DNA of 12,049 nt, from assembly GCA_964584035.1 (NCBI GenBank), contig CAZOYL010000038.1, positions 7,733 to 19,781 of the forward strand, in the 5' to 3' direction. This stretch comes from an uncultured Gemmatimonadota bacterium. Lineage in GTDB: Bacteria > SM23-81. This document shows, one piece after another, positions 8,439-12,049 of this stretch (its first letter is position 1; the number at the start of each line of letters is the position of its first letter). The notes beneath the pieces were generated by a model that worked only from the letters and a program-made list of their open reading frames with translations, had not been told where the DNA came from and made no database searches. Both the position numbers and the translations under genes were made by a program.

Positions 8439-8888
8439 TCAGTCGCCGTCGAAATGGGCATCGGGGAAGAAAAATCCGACCTCCTCGCGGGCCGTCTCCG
8501 GAGAATCCGAGGCATGCACCGCGTTGCGACCCTTACTCTCCGCAAAATCCCGGCGGATGGTGCCCGGCTCGGCCTGGGCCGGATCTGTGGCGCCCACGAC
8601 CCTCCTTAACTCCTTGATAGCATTGTTTTTTTCCAGCACAGTGACGACGATGGGACCGGACGACATGAAGGCCACCAGGCCATCGTAAAAAGGCTTCCCC
8701 CGGTGGACATGATAAAATTGGCCGGCTCGTTCAGCGGTCAAATGTTCCGATCTCAGAGCGCAGATCCGAAAACCCGCTTCGGTGACCCGCTGCAGTATTT
8801 CTTCGGTCGCCTTTCTGGCCACGGCATCCGGTTTCACGATGAACAGGGTTCTCTGTATCGGGGCCGGCGGTGTCGACATTTTTTCCAT
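8439..8888 (-). CDS. ndk: Nucleoside-diphosphate kinase
   Basis: RTLFIVKPDAV, FYHVHRGKPF, FMSSGP, VGATDP, PGTIR, catalytic NAVHASDS. SD GGGGAGG 6 nt upstream of ATG 8888. Confidence 0.97.
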   Translation of the reverse strand: MEKMSTPPAPIQRTLFIVKPDAVARKATEEILQRVTEAGFRICALRSEHLTAERAGQFYHVHRGKPFYDGLVAFMSSGPIVVTVLEKNNAIKELRRVVGATDPAQAEPGTIRRDFAESKGRNAVHASDSPETAREEVGFFFPDAHFDGD

Positions 8889-9011
8889 TCACATCCTCCC
8901 CATGACCATGATCATTCGCCTAAGCGGCATTCGCTCTATCGGCATTCTCTCCACGGGCATTCTCTCCGATCGAGGCGTCAACGGCCTGATGCCACAGGTG
9001 AGTTTCTGCAT
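8889..9011 (-). CDS. Putative 40-aa leader peptide upstream of, and in frame with, ndk
   Basis: ATG 9011 to TGA 8889-8891 encodes MQKLTCGIRPLTPRSERMPVERMPIERMPLRRMIMVMGRM. It begins 9 nt after the -10 box with no SD (near-leaderless), and its stop abuts the ndk ATG. No evidence of translation. Confidence 0.3.
   Translation of the reverse strand: MQKLTCGIRPLTPRSERMPVERMPIERMPLRRMIMVMGRM
8907..8966 (-). repeat. Imperfect 15-nt tandem repeat, about 4 copies, in the ndk 5' leader
   Basis: Minus strand GAGAGAATGCCCGTG GAGAGAATGCCGATA GAGCGAATGCCGCTT AGGCGAATGATCATG. Confidence 0.85.
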
Positions 9012-9020
9012 AGAAAAGTT

Positions 9021-9049
9021 ATTTTAACAAAGTTTACGGATAAAGTCAA
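9021..9049 (-). promoter_or_regulatory. Putative sigma70 promoter (extended -10) for ndk-larA-nfnAB
   Basis: Minus strand TTGACT (9044-9049), 17-nt spacer, TAAAAT (9021-9026), with TGn preceding the -10 box, in an AT-rich patch. Confidence 0.8.
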
Positions 9050-9158
9050 GCCTTTTCGGGATGCTGAAAGGATCCCCGGGCGGTCCCGGCAGAAGCCCAG
9101 ATCCGGCTTCATCGACCGGTTCCATCGATCTGTTCAGCAGGAGGGTGCGATCCGAAGC

Positions 9159-10202
9159 TCAGGCCAGCTCGATCGATGGCGTCCGGGACTCGACGATGTC
9201 ACCCACTGACCGGGCCCACGATACGCCCCGGCCGTGCAACATCTCTACAAGCTCGGTCTCCCGTTCTCCGGGAACGGCCATCAGCAGGCCGCCGGAGGTC
9301 TGGGCGTCGCACAGCAGCAGCGTCATCAGAGGATCGGCCGGAGATGCGAACCGGAGATGCGGCTGGACATAGGACAGGTTCTTTCTCGTGCCGCCGGGCA
9401 CCATCTGGCGGCGGATGTAATCCAGGACATGGTCCATCCTGGGAACTTCCTGTGACCGTATCCGGGCCGATACTCCGCTGGCCCGGAGCATCTGCAGCAG
9501 ATGGCCCAGGAAACCGAACCCGGTGATGTCTGTGCAGGCGTTGACGCCCACCGCGATCATACATTCAGCGGCGCTTCGATTCAGCTGCGCCATGAGCTGG
9601 TTGATCTGCTCCACATCGCCGGGGCGGGCCGCATCGGCCTTGAGAGCGGTGGACACCACTCCGGTGCCCAACGGTTTGGTGAGGATGAGACGATCCCCGG
9701 GGCGAGCTCCGGCATTGGTTACGAGCTCATCTTTCTTGACGATGCCGGTTACCGCCAGGCCGTACTTCAGTTCCTGATCCTTGAGGGTATGGCCGCCCAG
9801 GACCACCGCCCCGGCCTCCTTGATCTTTTCCATGCCGCCGCGCACAATCTGGCCCACGACAGAGAGGTCCAGGGAAGGTGCATAGGCTAAAATATTCAGG
9901 GCCGTCAGCGGCCTGGCCCCCATGGCATAGAGATCGCTCAGGGCGTTGGCGGCCACGATCTGGCCGAAAAGCTCGGGATCATCGGCAATGGGCGTGAGCA
10001 CATCCACCGTCTGGACCAGAGCCCGGCCATCGCCCAGATCATAGACCCCGGCATCCCCCAGGGCATCGTATCCCAGGATGACGTTCGGATCCTGATAGGT
10101 CGGCAAATGGCGCAGCACCTGCGCCAGGTCTTCCTGACAGACCTTGGCCGCTCAGCCGGCGGCGGCGGTCAGACCGGTCAGGCGAATCGGGTCCTTGCCC
10201 AT
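9159..10202 (-). CDS. selD: Selenide,water dikinase (selenophosphate synthetase), selenocysteine-containing (Sec17), 347 aa
   Basis: True start ATG 10202 (SD AGAGGA) gives MGKDPIRLTGLTAAAG-UGA-AAKVCQEDLAQVLRHLP..., in frame with the track ORF 9159..10118. The UGA (10152-10154) occupies the catalytic Cys/Sec-x-x-Lys position. Motifs DAGVY, QTVD, AANALSDLYAMG, GGHT, LTKPLGTG, TDITGFG, DAQTSGGLL. Adjacent to tRNA-Sec. Confidence 0.96.
10121..10151 (-). promoter_or_regulatory. Bacterial SECIS-like stem-loop immediately 3' of the selD UGA
   Basis: mRNA UGA-GCG-GCC-A-AGGUCU-[GUCAGGA]-AGACCU-GGC-GC: a perfect 6-bp stem extended by GCC/GGC across a bulged A, with a G-containing apical loop at the position expected of a bacterial SECIS. 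Confidence 0.75.
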
Positions 10203-10280
10203 GAGCCGTTCCTCTCTCTACAGCCACATCAGGAATGACCGACAATCCGTCGTGATGACCGCCGATCGGTGAAAAAGAAC

Positions 10281-10375
10281 TGGCGGAGGCGTGTAGGAAT
10301 CGAACCTACCGAGGACCAATATGATCCCCAACTGGATTTGAAGTCCAGCAGGCACACCAGCACCTATCCGCCTCC
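10281..10375 (-). tRNA. selC: tRNA-Sec (anticodon UCA), 95 nt
   Basis: GGAGGCGG-AT-AGGTGC TGGT GTGCCT-GCTGGA CT TCA AA TCCAGT-long variable arm-GTAGG TTCGATT CCTAC-ACGCCTCC-G-CCA. It has the 8/5 fold, 6-bp D stem with 4-nt loop, G discriminator and encoded CCA typical of tRNA-Sec. Confidence 0.98.
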
Positions 10376-10384
10376 ATGTCAATG

Positions 10385-10413
10385 ATAGTAACGGTTCAAG
10401 CTTTGGATGTCAA
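10385..10413 (-). promoter_or_regulatory. Putative sigma70 promoter for selC-selD
   Basis: Minus strand TTGACA (10408-10413), 17-nt spacer, TACTAT (10385-10390), ending 9 nt before the tRNA 5' end. A-rich tract upstream of -35. Confidence 0.82.
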
Positions 10414-10483
10414 CAATTTTTCAGTCTTTCAGCGAACATCTTCTCTCTTCCATGTTTTTTGAATCCAACCGGTATCTCATCTT

Positions 10484-12013
10484 TTACTCGATATACCCCA
10501 GGGCCTTCAGCTTTTCCAGATGCTGCGGATCGATGTCTCCAGATTCTTCCACGACCACCTGATCCGCATATCCCGGCATGATGGCCCGGTCTCCCTCCCC
10601 GCTGAGACGGCCGCCTACGCCGCAGACGTTGAGCACATCGCCCTCTCGCAGCCGGGAGACATCGATGCCCGTTGCGGCGGCGATCATCACCGCCACGGCA
10701 CCGGAGCCATCGTCCAGATGCAGGCGGGTCCACCCTCGATCCTCCAGCATAAAAACAACCGTGCCCCTGACCTGGATCAGAGTACTGTCCCAACGAGGAT
10801 CTCTCGCCTGGCAGGTGGTCAGCCGGGGGGCTTCGGGAAGGGAGCGTCCTCTCTCCAGCACCGCGATGGACGGGCCGACGATCTCCGTGGTCCCCTGATA
10901 TTGTCTGACGATCCCCTCGACGGCGAGCACATCGCCTCGCCTGAGGGGTTCTCTGGAAAGATCGCCGGCCTGAACCGTATCAGGATAGACGCCGGCGGTA
11001 TAGGCTCTCGAAATATCGACAGCGGCCGGGGTCACATCGTCAGCCAACAGGATGCCCCGGCCGGAGGCATCCTGAAGATAGGCTCTGGTCCGTCGATGAT
11101 CGAGGACCCCGCCGCCGAGGGTGACCACGCCCTGAACGGCTACCAGCCTTTGCGTCTCCGGCTCGGGTTTCAGCCGGGCGATGGCTTCCGGCTCCGCAGG
11201 CGGGGGAAACTCCGGCCGGCCTGCATCGATCCAGGCGGTATACCACAGATCGGCCAGAACGCGGGCCGCCCTGATGAGACGCTCGGTGGTGAACGGGCCG
11301 GTGTGCTGCCACATCAGGCGATAATACTCCTCGTCGAAACGGGCCGTCTTCTTCCTGGCCCGGCGATCAGCGGCCATAATGCTGTCAACGTAGATCCAGG
11401 TGCCGGGAATGGTCTCGAAGAAATATTCTCCGGGATCGGACACATATCGGGCCATGGCCGAATCGGACGGTAATTGTTCCAGGTGCCGGTTGACCATGTG
11501 TATCTCATAACGCAGATGAACTCCGTCGTTGCCCGTCAACTGGCCGTCATAGTTCTCGGTGGTATGCAGCGGCTGATGACCGTCGGCCACGTAGTGTCCC
11601 AGATCCGCCGCCCGCAGGACCGCCTCCTGCCAGCGACCGGCGGCCATGGCCACCGACAGGGTTTCGGTTACACCGGCGACGACCCAGGGAACCACACCGT
11701 TGCCATAGACGTCCAGCCGGCCGTCGTATCGAGCCTTCAGGGAATCCAGATCATGACACAGCTGTCCCCGGTGGAATTCGGGGAAGCGGTCGATATCGAT
11801 ATAGTGCCGCGGCCCCTCCAGGGGATCGGTCGACTTGCGGCGGTCGGCCTCGCTGGCATAGGCCGCGATGATGCCGGCCCATCGACGGAAACCGGCCATC
11901 TCCTCCGGCAGATGCCGGAAAGCCTGGCGATTGATCCAACTGTGAGCCCGCCCGCCCCAGGCCCGGGATATTCCCGGAAAAAGAAGCAGGCCGGCCAACA
12001 ACAGGAGCATCAT
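10484..12013 (-). CDS. Secreted S1/P1 nuclease / zinc-dependent phospholipase C-like protein with C-terminal OB-fold-like domains (start may lie upstream of the window)
   Basis: Hydrophobic signal segment ending SRA, then WGGRAH (Trp1/His6 Zn ligands), ADRRK, HYIDID, GHYVADGHQPLH, HLRYE: the tri-zinc S1/P1-PLC signature. The C-terminal half has two repeats with OB-fold-like patterns (VQGVVT..YLQDASG..GDVLAVEG; VRGTV..LDDGSG..GDVLNVCG). The frame is open to the window edge. Confidence 0.82.
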   Translation of the reverse strand: MMLLLLAGLLLFPGISRAWGGRAHSWINRQAFRHLPEEMAGFRRWAGIIAAYASEADRRKSTDPLEGPRHYIDIDRFPEFHRGQLCHDLDSLKARYDGRLDVYGNGVVPWVVAGVTETLSVAMAAGRWQEAVLRAADLGHYVADGHQPLHTTENYDGQLTGNDGVHLRYEIHMVNRHLEQLPSDSAMARYVSDPGEYFFETIPGTWIYVDSIMAADRRARKKTARFDEEYYRLMWQHTGPFTTERLIRAARVLADLWYTAWIDAGRPEFPPPAEPEAIARLKPEPETQRLVAVQGVVTLGGGVLDHRRTRAYLQDASGRGILLADDVTPAAVDISRAYTAGVYPDTVQAGDLSREPLRRGDVLAVEGIVRQYQGTTEIVGPSIAVLERGRSLPEAPRLTTCQARDPRWDSTLIQVRGTVVFMLEDRGWTRLHLDDGSGAVAVMIAAATGIDVSRLREGDVLNVCGVGGRLSGEGDRAIMPGYADQVVVEESGDIDPQHLEKLKALGYIE

Positions 12014-12049
12014 CTCCTGACGGTGACGGTCAAAGGAACGGCGGGAATG

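Noticed and set aside
8907..8966. CRISPR array interpretation of the 15-nt repeats
   Set aside because: Units are too short, there are no spacers of CRISPR length, and no cas genes are present.
9050..9110. Hairpins after selD (CCTTT..AAAGG; GAAGCC-N7-GGCTTC) as an intrinsic terminator
   Set aside because: Stems are short or imperfect and lack an adjacent U-tract on the minus strand.
10281..10304. selC as an integration site for a genomic island or prophage
   Set aside because: I saw no duplicated tRNA 3' end and no integrase, and the downstream genes are housekeeping.
10377..10382. Second TTGACA immediately before the tRNA 5' end
   Set aside because: There is no -10-like hexamer 16-18 nt downstream; that position falls in the tRNA D arm.
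1..12049. Genome-wide reassignment of TGA or TAG to a standard amino acid
   Set aside because: Six genes end in TGA and two in TAG at their expected C-termini, so both codons still act as stops.

Overview
GC-rich bacterial chromosomal window in which every recognisable gene lies on the minus strand. In transcription order: a secreted S1/P1-nuclease/Zn-phospholipase-C-like protein with OB folds; selC (tRNA-Sec) and selD (selenophosphate synthetase, itself a selenoprotein with an in-frame UGA17 and a SECIS-like hairpin); ndk; a LarA-family racemase/epimerase; nfnA-nfnB; then yceD-rpmF-plsX-fabH-fabD-fabG-acpP (acpP runs off the left edge). Three sigma70-like promoters are visible. The most striking anomaly is that fabG, normally essential in this cluster, has one in-frame TAG at codon 214 followed by 33 intact FabG C-terminal codons. 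This suggests amber read-through or pyrrolysine-type recoding in an organism that already recodes UGA, but a nonsense mutation or sequencing error cannot be excluded. The fabH TAG is also in frame with fabD. Other oddities are a Met-rich, 15-nt-repeat leader ORF joined to ndk by UGA-AUG, and a highly structured ndk-larA intergenic RNA with mutually exclusive pairings.
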